Assembly (NCBI GenBank): GCA_964035545.1
Contig: OZ037772.1
Span: 1,550,001-1,614,000, forward strand
Source of the DNA: Bugula neritina
Taxonomy: Eukaryota > Animalia > Bryozoa
Direction: 5' to 3'
DNA: 64,000 nucleotides
The position numbers were made by a program, and so were the translations under genes. Under the pieces are notes generated by a model that was not told the DNA's origin, did no database searches, and was given only the letters and a program-made list of their open reading frames with translations. This document shows positions 30,608-47,727 of this stretch, one piece after another; position 1 is the first letter of the stretch, and each line of letters begins with the position of its first letter.

Positions 30608-31107
30608 CAGGGTTGGGGTAATTGTAATTTGTAATTGTAATTTGTTGTATTTAATTACATTTTTTCAAGTAATTGAATGTAATTTGTAATTGATGTATAA
30701 ACATGTAATTGTAATTATTTACATATATAATGTAATTGATTTTTACAATTACATCTCAATTACTTCAAACTTTTAAATCTTAAGAAATTCATTCTTTTTT
30801 AACATGCCTACTGTTAAATAACAAGTTTAGGTTAAGTCAATGTAGTATAGTATCAGTGTTGAGAATAAAGGAGGTTCTCCACTGTCAAAATTGCCCCTGC
30901 TAGGTGGACCCTAGAGGTGAAATTGCATAACTTCCATTTGTCCTTTGTGAGAACAAAAGTAATTGTAATTGTAATTAATTGCTTTACAATGTAATTTTGT
31001 AATGTAATTAATTACATTTATTTCAACTGTAATTATAATTGTAATTGACAAATTCTCATGTAATTGTAATTAATTGCATTCACATGTAATTGACCCCAAC
31101 AACCCTG
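30608..31107. mobile_element. hAT-type MITE with gtaatt-rich subterminal repeats
   Basis: Ends CAGGGTTGGGGTAATT / AATTGACCCCAAC(AA)CCCTG; 8-bp TSD GTTTATTA; partial copy at 53822-54247. Confidence 0.85.
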
Positions 31108-31749
31108 GTTTATTATGGAGCTCATACTTTTATTGTTCAAGGTCTAGATGTATTCTCCACCATGTTTTTACTAGAAGTAAACTTTAATTCGGTAATAAGT
31201 TTAAAATAAATTGTTTTTTCATATTTTGCTGTTTATTATTGCCTGAGTATTGTAATGAGAATATTGGCTTTACAATACCAGTGAAGCGATGTGATTGGTT
31301 TGACAGTATCAGATTAGTGATGTGATTGGCTTGACAGTATCAGAGTAGTGATGTGATTGGCTACTCTGTTCTGTTCTGCAGGGCCATGCCTACTTGTATT
31401 ACGTGTTAATCTTGTTTTGCAGTGAACAGAAAGAGAGAATGGGTCCCAAAAGACACCCAGGATCTTACAGAACTGAGGGTGAGGAAGGGTTCACCCGATG
31501 TTGATGGCCTGCCTGGTATATCCGGCAATCCTGGAGATGCAGGAGAAAGGAGACCACCTTGTTTCCCAGGAGATACCGGACTTTTTGGAGAACCAGGTGA
31601 TGTTTACGCTCAATTGAGTTCAATCTGTCAAGTTAAGTTGTGATCTTTTTCGTTTTCATTATTTTATGTTTGTTACGTGGAAAAAGGGGAAAACTCTGTC
31701 TCGGAGCATTTTTGTTTTTTCAGAGAGCTTTGGATTATTTGATTATGGT

Positions 31750-32112
31750 CTACACAGGGGTGTAAACAGACTAAACTACACAGGGGTGTAAACAGACTAA
31801 ACTACACAGGGGTGTAGACAGACTAAACTACACAGGGGTGTAGACAGACTAAACTACATAGGGGTGTAGACAGACTAAACTACACAGGGGTGTAGACAGA
31901 CTAAACTACATAGGGGTGTAGACAGACTAAACTACACAGGGGTGTAGACAAACTAAGCAACACAGACGTGTAAACAGACTAAACTACACAGGGGTGTAGA
32001 CAGACTAAACTACACAGGGGTAGACAGACAAAACTATACAGGGGTGTAGACAGACTAAACTACATAGGGGTGTAGACAGACTAAACTACATAGGGGTGTA
32101 GACAGACAAAAC
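31750..32112. repeat. 26-bp minisatellite (ctacacaggggtgtagacagactaaa)
   Basis: Visible; counterpart at 54852-55085. Confidence 0.92.
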
Positions 32113-33149
32113 TTACTACGAACTTATAACTAACTTGCGTCATGCCGTCTCCATTCTCTCCGTATAATTTGACCTTTATTTAGCTAGCTGATTTCTAGTG
32201 GGCTATTCTATAGTGACCAGTCACACTGTTTATTATAGCAACATAGAAATCAAGTTGAAAACTAGTTGCACCTGTTGTGATGCTATCAATGGGTGCTTAC
32301 AGGTAGAGACGGAGTACCTGGACCTGTTCAGATCGGATATCGGGGTAAACAAGGAGATCAAGGTCATGCAGGTGAGAATGAGGAGTTACTCACCCTTGTT
32401 TGTGTATTTCTGTTCTTTTAGGTATTCTATAATAATATGCTGGGGTTGTCAGATTGATCTAGTGGAGTTACCTCCTCTTAAGTGAAAGATACTTTAATAG
32501 TATAATTTGCTCATCAATCTGACTGATTAAAGCTACTGCTGTCAAAAAAACAAGATTGTTGCAGTCTAAAAATTAATGCCAGCTATAAACTATACGCAGC
32601 AAATCTTTTAGCTTGGAGTAAATTGACCAATTTATGATAATCAATTTTAATTTTTTAGCTTTTATAGTATTGATGTTGATGAGTGTTGCTATAGATACAT
32701 GTTGGTTTCCTGTATGGATGTTGATGAGTGTTGCTATAGTAACATGTTGGTTTCCTGTATGAATTGTAGTTTGAGTATGAGGCAGAGTTTTCCCAACTCA
32801 ACTTCCTTCGAATTAACTCTGAGAGAGCAAAGCAAACCCTGACTCACAGGTAATAGTCACTGCTAGCAGCTTATCAGATAGTCACTAGTTGCTAGTCACC
32901 AGATACTAGTCCTCTACTATGTTGCTAGGCACTTGATAATCTGAACAATCTCTGGCTTCTTATTAAGCTGAGCGAGTTGTTGGTATGACTATTCCTTTTG
33001 TCGATTGTAGATGTATAACCTCAGTGGCGGTAGAAGACGCATGTGGTGGGAAGAATAAATCAGTCATTTTATATACAGCTGGTGATAAAGAATACACAGT
33101 AACAGTCAGCAGGTTCCAATCTTCAGTGCTGCAGGATGATTGCAAGGTA

Positions 33150-33425
33150 TGTAAATCTGACCTGCATAGTGTAAATCTGACCTATATACTGTAAATCTGA
33201 CCTATATACTGTAAATCTAACCTTTATATAGTGTAAATAAGACCTATATACTGTAAATCTGACCTATATAATGTAAATCTGACCTATATAATGTAAATCT
33301 GACCTATATAGTGTAAACCTGACCTATATAGTGTAAATCTGACCTATATAGTGTAAACCTGACCTATATAGTGTAAATCTGACCTATAAAGTGTAAATAT
33401 AACTTATATAGTGTAAATTCGACCT
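33150..33425. repeat. 20-bp minisatellite (gtaaatctgacctatatagt)
   Basis: Visible; counterpart at ~58676-58825. Confidence 0.9.
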
Positions 33426-33898
33426 GCATGTGAACGTGATTGCGATAGTTGCATCTTTTTTTCTATTAAGATACAATAAAGCTTGCCTTTGAGGCTTTTT
33501 AACAACTACTAATGAGTTCAACTTAAAAGCACTTTGATTTCTGTGCAAGTTTAGAATTTTGAGTTTGCCCTCTGCCATTTTGTAGAATTCCAAATACCAT
33601 CAGAAGCTCCGACAGTGATTGAGATTTACACCAAGACCCCCACCCACTTGCCTATTATTGACATTGCTCCTGGTGACATCAGGACCACCCACAAAGAGTT
33701 TGGGGTTCAGCTTGAAGAAGTCTCCTTTTCATAGACTCATATCTAACAACAGTTTAATTTGTCTGATTTGTAAGACGGTCCCTGATTAGATAATTAGTGG
33801 CCAATCAGAGAATGCAATCAATGTTGGTTGGCTGAGACCAGCAGTCTGATTTTTATATAACCTAATTTTAACTAAAATATTTGATTACTCTAAATAAA

Positions 33899-34860
33899 TT
33901 TATCCGAGACTTCTGAGGCAGTGATGGTGATATTTGTACATATAAATTTGAAGAAGTTTAGCTACATTTTTAAATTCATTTAATCCAACCATTTCTCTAT
34001 TACAAAATGTATTTTACCGTAAGGTGCTACACAATTTATTTCTCAGCTTGTAGATTTCATCATCAAAATTATTGAAGTAATAAAATTGGTCCAGAATTTG
34101 AAAGAAGCTGCAGTTTTCAGATCTGATTATTTATCCTGAAATTCAACATTGTTAGTTTAAAATGGAGTGTAACATATATTTTAGTCACTTAGTTCCAACT
34201 GTGTTGACCATATGAACATTTTAAATTTTCCTTCAGCTGCTATGAAGTACATAAGTAAATGGCATTAAATTTCCCATGTCACATCATCTTGTAAAAGTTA
34301 ATTGTAAATAAAAATAAATTTCAAGTGTTTTTGAGAAGCTACAGGTTTGTATGTTTGAACAAATGAAACATAATGTTCCTTAATGTCAAGATTCTGCTTA
34401 TACCACAATACCATAAACATTGTGACTCAGTCAGTAGCCAAAAGCAGTGATGAAAAAACTTGTTTACTGACACGACGACTAAATTTTATAAATATCAGAC
34501 ACGATTTAGAGAAGAGTTGATGCTGTCCTGCTGCTGCGAGACGGCGGAAGATCTTTGAAAACATAGATTGGGACTTTAGTAGAGTCAGACTTGGGCTCGC
34601 ATTTGAAAGACTTGTTTGTTACTGAAAGCAGAAACATTAAATATCAAAATTGTCTAATTTTCAGGTTTCTGGGAAATTTTTTCAGATGTATTTCTGAAAC
34701 TAACAATGTTTTACTAACCTTCATGTCAGGAGTTTTCTTCATCATTGTTGTACAGACTTTGAATACCGTCACGTATCAACTGGAAACACACATTACAATC
34801 ATTAACTCAAGCACAATCAACATAGAAGTTTAGCAATTACCAGTGAGCATTGAAAGAATT
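33899..34860 (-). mobile_element. Possible heavily decayed hAT transposase relic
   Basis: EFKNVAKLLQIY followed (frameshifted) by ITITASEVS loosely resembles the hAT dimerisation motif (F..v..Ll.i.l.iP.ttasaERsFS); many stops. Confidence 0.3.
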
Positions 34861-34915
34861 TCAACAGATTGAAAACTTTTCAAAATAAATTATAAGTCTA
34901 CAAACTGTTTTTGAT

Positions 34916-36123
34916 CTAGCAATGAGCCATTTTAATTCGATACATAGTGGTGACTGCTCTAACAGCAGCACTGAACCTGCGCTTAGCTGGGCTCTTGGTT
35001 GGGGGGTGGGGTCTATTCCTGCCATTGTTTCTGCCCATCTGTAGTAAACTGTGGGTTCTGAATGCAACTAGTGCCTACATGCTCTAGAAAGAATAAGCCA
35101 AGTATTTGAGTACAAATGAGGATAACCTTTATTGTATCAGATACAGCTCATGTGGTCCTACTACCAGCGAGCTCCAGTAGTAGTCTGAATCTACACTGGA
35201 AACTCGCTCGCTTTTATACACAAGAATTCACATCTAGAACGTTCCAACAGACAAAAGAAAGTTAAGCTTGACAGTAACAAAAGAAAAATAGACAAAGGAG
35301 AATGAATAATTCAATAGGCCAAGAATTTAGCTATAATAACAACCTATTGAAGGCATTCATAAAAGCTACACAAATTTCCAGTATCAGTATTAATGCAAAA
35401 CGATGAAATAGCAAAAAGGGAAAATAACTCTGGAAATGCGTATTTAATGAAAATTACATTATACTGAAAGCTTAATCACAATAATAAGGCATTAGAAAGC
35501 TAGTGCAACTTAGCTACAATTACAGCATTCAAAATATACGCAACAGTAATTATAATACTGACTCACGCAGTTACTTGAGAACAGTAGAGGATGAGAATCT
35601 ATCACACATCTCAGTGTCTCTGCTACACACTCCTATGTAGCAGATGTATGAGTTATATCCATTATACCTACTGTATGCCTTCAGCACATATATGTCATAC
35701 ATCCATATTGCACCTTATCACAGTGGTAACTGGTATAAAATGTATCACCTTATATGCGTCAAATTGCGTGACTATCAGCTTCTTCTGAATAGTCAAACTT
35801 TGAACTTTGGCTTCAGCCTTCGTCATTTGAGAATATAACTGAGAAACAACATCCTGCCAATAGGAAGACAGATAGCAGCGTGAATTTTTCAAATTTTGGT
35901 TTGCCTGATGTCAAACACAGAAACGTTTAACTCATGAAAACACAGCACTAATTAAACATGGAGAACTATTATATTAATTCAAGGGAACCGTTAGGTTACA
36001 ACTGGTTAGCAAAATGGGTATCTCGAGGATCTTGTATTGGTGAACTTCAGCCTATAAATGGCTCGTTTTACTCTTTTGCTCACAAAGTTTATCAACAAGA
36101 TAGAAAAGCTTAACATATTCACT
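34916..36123 (-). CDS. Exons encoding a PACT-like (pericentrin/AKAP450 centrosomal-targeting) C-terminal domain: 35853-35749, 35632-35567, 35038-34916; upstream coiled-coil exon ~36123-35988 contains a stop
   Basis: Phase-0 exons join to DVVSQLYSQMTKAEAKVQSLTIQKKLIVTQFDAYK-ECVAETLRCV...-...KSPAKRRFSAAVRAVTTMYRIKMAHC*, matching the PACT pattern LY..Y.RAE.....L..QKK.L.....FQECE.ATL ... RFR.AVR...AI.RMK. Functional status unclear. Confidence 0.65.
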
Positions 36124-36469
36124 AGAAGAAGATTGTATCTGCTAAAGACTATGTCCAGCTATTATAGATTATAGATTGTATCTGCTAAAGACTATGTCCA
36201 GCTATTATAGATTATAGATTGTATCTACAATCACATGGCACACTCACAGTGCACTTGTTAGCTTATTACTAAGCAGTGAACTTCAAACTATTAGGCAGAG
36301 TGTTAACAAAGGAAGCCACTTCTAACAACTGCATGTCTGTTGAGAATAGCTCACTGCGCCGGCTAAAGACTATGTCCAGCTATTATACACACTTTAGTCA
36401 CAAATAATTAATTATATTTCAACTGCAACTCATACTAACTACTTCTACTGCTAGTATTTTGTGGAGCCT

Positions 36470-40494
<4,025 letters not shown>

Positions 40495-42460
40495 TTGATC
40501 TTGTCTTCAGCTTCTGCCCAGATATGGCAATTTCAACTTGCTAAACCAAAATTGAAAAGTTCATTTCTATCATTATTGCATATGAAATGAGCATTTCGCA
40601 GTTGAACTCATCAGAAATGACAGAATTAATATGAAAAAGAATGAAATACAGCTTAAATTAGATCAAATTTGTTTGCAGTGTTACTGCATTGTCATGGCCC
40701 ATGAGCATAATATCAACATGTATACAGCTAATAGCATGATTGTTTTACTACTACTATTATAAGTTTTTACTTTCAGCATAATTGACTATTACACTTACTA
40801 TAGCAATAGGCATGGTCAATGATCATAAATTGAGTGTTAGCATGGCTATCAGTAACAAGTACAGCATAATAGATTATTATTATAAATGTATTTATACAAA
40901 TAGTAACAGTAATACTAAAAGTAATATTTTTAGCTATAATTGGTATCCACCAGTTTGCACTACAATTTTAAATTACATACAACTTTAACTTGAAAGTAAG
41001 AGTGAAACTACTTAATAGTTATTACTATAACTATGACTATTATTATTAGTATAATATGGTAAAATGCGAGACTGAGTACCAGTATAAAACTGATATTTAA
41101 TCTATTTGTAGATTCTAAACTTTTAAATTAGACCTAATAGTAATAGTAATAGTAGTAGCAGCAACCTTGCGGTAACTCCTACAGTTAATCCTAGTTCTAT
41201 CATCTATCAGTATCACTATGATTATCATTATGATTATTACTATCAGTATCAGTATCACCATCACCATGACTTCAAGTCTAAAACTATGAGTATCAGTATG
41301 ACTGACTGTGAGAGTATCACCACCACTATGAGTGGTGATGATAGTGAGTATCACTATCACTACACTACTTAATTAGTTACTTATAGTTATAGTTATACTG
41401 TGAGTTATACTACTATCACTATCAGTATCACTACGACTATCACTATCAGTATAACTATGACTATCAGTATGAGTATTGTAGTGCGATGCACAATGTTTAT
41501 GTGGGCTTCTAGTGAGTTATTGGCATTTAGTCACAAGCAATTCACCGGTAGTTTCGTTTGTAAACTTTATTATAAAACTGTCAAATATAATGTAAAAATC
41601 TCTATAAGTATCACAACAATTGCTACTTTACATCGCTGCAAGTGCGCGCTAGCTAACTAATAATTGTTCTGCTTGGCCTAATCCGCGAACAGTCACTTGA
41701 CCGGAACCTTGCTTTCCGGTCCTTCTGATTGGATAGTAGAATATTGTTATAAGTATTCCACACAATAGGGGACGACTCCATTATTAGACTACGTAATCCC
41801 ATTACAGTATCACTATCAGTATCCGTCTTCTTGGGTTAGGAAAATTTTCAACTTCCGTGCTGGGATGAAAATTCAAATAATTTTATTTTCAAAGCTCACG
41901 TTTAAGGAACTACAGTGCAAGCAAAAATTATCTAATATCGATGCTTAAAAACAAAAAGAAAACCTATCTATTTCAATTCAACTAATGCCTTGGGCTTGTA
42001 GCTTACTCAATGTTGCCTAACAATTTACAACATCCGCTGCGTTTTAATTGTTAGCTAGGGAACCAAAGATCCGAACGGCCTACATAACGTTTTCAGACTA
42101 GGGGGCTTGTTTTTTGTGTCATGTATTATAATCTTTTCCACCAATCTTCTCAATTTGTTTTTATGACCATGGGCAAGGCCAAGGTTTCTTCGCGGATCTG
42201 CAGCAAAAATGAAGAGGATTGTTGTGAAACAGAAGTTGCATTTGTGTAGTTTATCATTAATATTATTATTATGATAATAATTATTGATATTGAAGTAAAT
42301 TTGTGTCTGACACCAGGTGTCACTATTGACGGTAAGTAATCTCACTTAACAATGACGGTCGGAATAGAATTCCCTTGTGCGGAAAACTAATTAAACTATC
42401 TAATACTGTTTGTTGCCAAATTATTTGTTAATGTGATTTTAATATTTTCCAGTGACTATT

Positions 42461-42795
42461 GATTTCTGGTGTTCGGTAACAGTGCTGGAGTGTGATAGGG
42501 ACACGGCTATGGTTCGCCGATTTATATCACAGCAACTGTAGTCAGAGACAGTGACAGAAATCTGATTCCTGATGTTCGAATCGCAGAGACTCGACAGGAA
42601 TTCCGCAACGCAAGAGTCACTACAGTGGAAATATGATTTCTGGTGTTCGGTAACAGTGCTGGAGCGTGACAGGGACATGGCTATGGTTCGCCGATTTATA
42701 TCACAGCAGCTGTAGTCAGAGACAGTGACAGAAATCAGATTCCTGGGATTTGAATCACCGAGATTCAACAGGAATTGCAGCGCAAGTAATCACCA
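42461..42795. repeat. Tandem duplication of a ~175-bp GC-richer unit
   Basis: gatttctggtgttcggtaacagtgctggag... at 42461 and 42636. Confidence 0.85.
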
Positions 42796-43360
42796 TTGAC
42801 AAACCTATAGAAACTAACCACCACTATTGCCAACTCAATAGCGACCTAATCAAAGAGCAGAGTATTTCGCAAAGAATAAAGTTTATTATATTTATAAGAG
42901 TCAATTATAAACATTACAACAGGCAACAGTCGACTGACTGCTACTAAAAATTACAACTCTATTTATATCCATATTACGGACGTCTTGGAGCACAAAACAG
43001 ACGTTTTGGGGTACAACCAATTATTTACATACAAAAATTTTATAAAACTCACAACAAATTTAATATAAAATTAGCATTACAACTTGTATCAACCAATCAC
43101 AATATATCAAAATTAGTTGACCTAGCTTTGAGTTAGTTAAATTATATTGCCAGAATGATTTAACTTGCAAGTCCGATAAAAATCACCTTGACCTAGTCTC
43201 TATATTCACAATATTGTTATTGAGGGCCGTCAACTTGACGCAACGTGTACTGCTCGATGGCTCTAATAATATTTTTTACTACAATAATATTAATTATTAT
43301 TAATAATCTCTTGAATTGTATACTCATAATGATATGATTATGTCTATTTATTATTATATC

Positions 43361-46300
43361 TGTTGAATGTGTTGCCATTGTGTTTAGTATTTATTATGAA
43401 ATACGTTATTGATTGCTGATTTAACTTATCGAGCAAACTGACTGACTGATTTAATTATTTGATAATAAAATATTTATTAGAATGAAAAACAGCGTGATGG
43501 TTTTGTATAATATAAAACGGAAGAGAGGGTAAACAAGTATACAGCGATTCTAGTAAAGCAATTAGTTAGCATATTGTCACGTGATTGTCATGAATGTGAT
43601 TAGCGATAGGATCGCATGATTGTTTCTCAACACGCCCCCTCAAGCATGTGATTCGATAGCTAGTAGCTCCAGTGCAATTCTGTGATTGGTTTTAGGCAAG
43701 CTCTTAGTCATGACATCGGCAGAGTTCTCTGCTCCTCTGATGTGTTGGTACGCTATGGTGGTTTGCTCTCTGACAAAGTGGAATCTAATGTCGATGTGTT
43801 TGCTCCTCTGGTGTGAGTATGGTTGTCCCTTGGTGAGGGCAATGGCTCCAAGGTTGTCAGTGAAAAGTGTGTTAGGGTTAGGCTGTTTCATCTTGAATGT
43901 TTTGCACAAAGTCTGTAGGAATAGCATCTCCTTTGTAGCTTCGGCTAATGCCATGTATTTGGCCTCGCATGATGATAAGGCCACTGTGGGTTGTCGTCGG
44001 CTGTTCCAACTTATAGGGGCTCCACCCAGTGTGAATACATATCCTGTAGTTGATCTTCGTGTAGAGGTTTCTCCGCCCCAATCTGCATCCACATAGCCCA
44101 CTAGTTCTTGTTGATTGGGAGTGAATCTCAGATTGAATCCTTTTGTACCTTTAAGGTACCGTAGCAGCCGCTTCAAGGCAGCAATATGTGCAGGTCCAGG
44201 TCTTTCTAGGTGTTGGGAGAGCTTCCCAATGATCCATGCTAGGTCTGGACGTGTGGCGGTCATTAGGTATATGAGAGAACCTATAACTTGTCTGTAGGGG
44301 TAGTCCTTTGAACGCTCATATTCGTCGTCTGTTGCTTTTTCTAGTTGTAAGTCCTTTTCAGCAGGGGTATATACAGGGTTGCAATCTGCCATATTGTAGG
44401 TGTTCAGCAGCGTGTCTATGTAGCGCTCCTGTGACATAGTGTACTGGTCCTCATGTCTCCTGAAGTCTATCCCCAGGAACCAGCTTAATTCTCCTCTATC
44501 ATCCATGTTGAATTTTTGTTGCATCATAGATTTGGTTTGTGTGATTCTGTTGTCGTCTCGGCAGCAGAGAAGGATGTCATCAACCCAGAAAAGAATGATG
44601 ATGTTGGCTGATTTATCTGAAGGGTCCTCTTTTGAGTAAAGACAAGGGTCTCCAGCACCAGGTGTGAAGCCTTGCTCCTTGAGGAAAGTGGTCAGTGTTT
44701 GGTGCCAATTGCGCCCGCTTTGCTTGAGGCCATAAATGGATTTGTTGAGACGACAAGAAAGCTTCCCTTGTTTGTTGGTTTCTTCGTACCCTTCAGGCTG
44801 TTGTAGATAAATTTCCTTATCGATTGGTGCGTTTAGGTACGCTCCTTTAACATCTAGTTGATGTATTTTCATGTTTTCATTTGCTGCTTTCTGTAACAGC
44901 AATCTGATGGATGTGAATCTGGTGGTTGGACTGTAAGTTTCTTCATAGTCAACTCCTTGTATTTGTGAAAATTCTTTTGCTACATATCTAGCTTTATGTT
45001 GAGTTTCACCTGGCGTTTTTCCCTGTTTGAGGGTATAAACCCATCTGCCCTTGGTCTCTGTCCTGTCTTCAGGTAGCGGCTGGATAGACCAGGTGTTTGA
45101 ATCACGTAGGGTGTTTATTTCCTTGTCCATGGCTTTCTTCCAGGCTTCTTTATCTTTTGAATTTACAGCTTCTTGGTAGGACTGTGGTATGTTTGCCATC
45201 AGTGAGCAAGCATAGTCAGTGTCTTCTATGTCATAGTCCTGTAGGTATGTAGGAGGCTTTCGTTTCCGTTCTGATTTACGTGGTCCAGGTTGGTTGGTGG
45301 CCTTTGCCGGATCTGGTGCAGGTTCTTGTGGTATGGTATTCTGAGTACCATTTCTGGTGTTAAGTGCGGGTCCTTGTGGCATGACGTTCATTGCGTCATT
45401 TCCGCATATTTGTGGTATGACATTTCTGGATGTAACAATTTTCTGATTAGGGGTAAGTATAAGATAGCCTTGGGCCTATGTGTTGACACCAAGATATATG
45501 CCGCTTTGTCCGCGGTCACTGAGTTTTAACTTATTTCCCTCTGAGTAGAATGTGCATTGAGATCCAAAATTGTGAATTTTCCTCATGTCGGGTAGCGTGC
45601 CTGTGAATAACTCATAAGCTGTCTTTCCCGTCCGTCTCTGGTAGCTTCGGTTTCTTAGGTACTTGGCATGGTCAGCGGCAAAACTCCAGAAAGTCTTGGG
45701 GAGATTTGAATCTTTGAGTAGGCATCGTGCTGTGTCCATTATGGTGCGCCAAGTCCTCTCTGATTTACCATTCTGGTAGGATGAGTAGGGTGCTGTAGTG
45801 GTGTGTTTGATTCCCCTCTCACGTAGCACGGCTTCAAATGGCTGTCCAAGGTACTCCATGCCGTTGTCAGTATGGATCTCCTTCACATTTCCTATAGGTG
45901 CCACATCTGCAACGAATTGCTTTAGTGCAGTGGTGGCATCACTTTTGTGGCGTATATTGTAGGTGAACAACATACTGGAAAATTCATCTATGAAGTTTAT
46001 CATGTAGTTTTGTCCTCCACTAGCAGTTGGTGTGATGGGTCCGCATAAGTCAGAGTGTACACGTTGTAGAGGCTGTGTAGCTAGTTCAGGTTTATCGTCT
46101 TGTTTGTGAGGTTGTTTGGTGATTTTACTTTCGTCACATGTCTTGCATGCAATTTTTAATTTTGCTCCATTTATGGTCATACCTGTTGTCACTTTCTCCA
46201 GCTCAATTATGTCATTGGTGTTCATATGACCCAGTGCCCTGTGCCAATCGGGCAGCGGTTTTGCGGTGTTTATTGAGTCACTTGTATGGGTTGTCTTGAG

Positions 46301-47727
46301 GAAGTACAATCTGCCTTTGGGCATAATTGGAAAAGTTGTCCTGTCGACTGTCAGTATATTTTTCTCTCTAGAGAAATGTACTTTTGCCCCTTTTTGTGTG
46401 GCGGCGTGGACTGAAAATAGGCTTGTTGGTATTGTTGGTGCTAGCAAAGCGTCTTTTAGATGAATCTGCTGCTCCATATTGTTGTCATCAGTAATAGTAA
46501 ACTGTGCTGTGCCTTTGGCTACAGCCAGCTTGTTTGTTTTGCGACCATCTGCCATCTCTATGTAGTGGTTCTCAGGCGTGAAGCTCTTATCATAACTAAT
46601 GAAGTTGTTCTCATTGTTCACCAGATGACTTGTCGCTCCGCAGTCCACCATAAGCAACTGTCCCCCTTGAGATTTATCTTGTGTGGCTATGTTGCATTGG
46701 TTTGATGTATTCACAGTGAAGGCATATGTGGCATTTGCCGATGAAATTTCAGTTTTACTTGTCTTCTTCTTTGTCCTGCAAACTGATTCGATATGTCCAG
46801 CTTTCTTGCAGTAGTTACAAATTAGTTTGTGCTTTGAGTAACAATCTGTTGTAGAATGATTGCTTTTACCACAAGCAGTGCACTGTTTATCACGTTTGCT
46901 AGTGGGTTTGAAATTGTCTCTTCCTTTAAATACCATGGCTGTAGATTGAGAGCACCTTGCCGACTCAGTAAGGTCAAAGTTGGTTAGAGCTGCTTTGAAC
47001 TCTGATAGGGTTTGGTTTTTGTCAAGTTGCGTATGTACTACAACAAAAGGCTGGTAGGATGTTGGTAATCCTTTCATAATCATTGCGATCACCAAATTGT
47101 CACTAATATTTTCCCCAGCAGACTTGAGGCCTGCTGAGTAGTTCTCAGCACGAATCAGGTAATCTGTAATGTCTTCTGTATCATTCATTTTTACAGTTGT
47201 AAGTTGTTCATAAAGAGTTAATATTCTAGGCTTTTGTGTACTTGCATAGTGTTCTTTTAGAATTTTGAATGCTTTTCTTCCATCGTCTTTGGCATCTCTC
47301 ATCACAAGTTATCTTCTCCTTCTTCTTTGGGTAGAAGTGCGGTGTGTACTCCTTCATCTTGTGTGTACAAGTATGAAGTGAATCTTGTTTCCCAAATTGA
47401 GAAATTGTTTGAATCAACATCAAAGAGAAGCCTGTGTTTGAAGCCACTGGGCCCATAACCTGTTGAATGTGTGGCCATTGTGTATAGTATTTATTATGAA
47501 ATACGTTATTGATTGCTGATTTAAATTATCGAGCAAACTGACTGATTTAATTATTTGATAATAAAATATTTATTAGAATGAAAAACAGCGTGGTGGTTTG
47601 TATAATATAAAACGGAAGAGAAGGTAAACAAGTATACAGCGATTCTAGTAAAGCAATTAGTTAGCATATTGTCACGTGATTGTCATGAATGTGATTAGCG
47701 ATAGGATCGCACGATTGTTTCTCAACA
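43361..47727 (-). mobile_element. Ty1/Copia LTR retrotransposon, full length but defective; LTRs 47461-47727 (5') and 43361-43632 (3')
   Basis: TG...CA LTRs (about 6 substitutions + 2 indels apart); PBS GGTTATGGGCCCAGT (47460-47446); PPT AGGGGGCG; order gag-PR-INT-RT-RH; flanks ATATC vs GAAAC, so no TSD. Confidence 0.97.
43640..47478 (-). pseudogene. Copia gag-pol polyprotein (frameshifting deletion at ~47308, in-frame TAG at 45478-45476)
   Basis: Two CCHC knuckles, protease LMVDCGATSH, WHRALGH, integrase HSDLCGP/HTDNG/QNGKSER, RT HQLDVKGAYL and FWVDDILL, RNase H GYVDADW...ADVMTKSL; ORFs 47305-45476 and 45391-43640 are in the same frame. Confidence 0.95.

Larger units (their letters stand above)
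30314..33733 (+). pseudogene. Fibrillar collagen pseudogene, copy 1: decayed Gly-X-Y exons (30314-~30473, 31423-31596, 32303-32371) plus COLFI exons (32770-32849, 33011-33146, 33586-33733)
   Basis: Gly-X-Y remnants with stops and Gly substitutions; COLFI motifs QLNFLRINSERAKQTLT, SVLQDDCK, TVIEIYTKTPTHLPIIDIAPGDI...EFGVQLEEV-FS*. Confidence 0.88.

Noticed and set aside
35105-35342. Possible solo LTR in the PACT intron
   Set aside because: LTR-like composition, but I could not establish termini, a TSD or a second copy
47226-47456. ORF MGPVASNTG... as the gag N-terminus
   Set aside because: The gag-like motif (RLLFD...WETRF) is in another frame that starts at 47478
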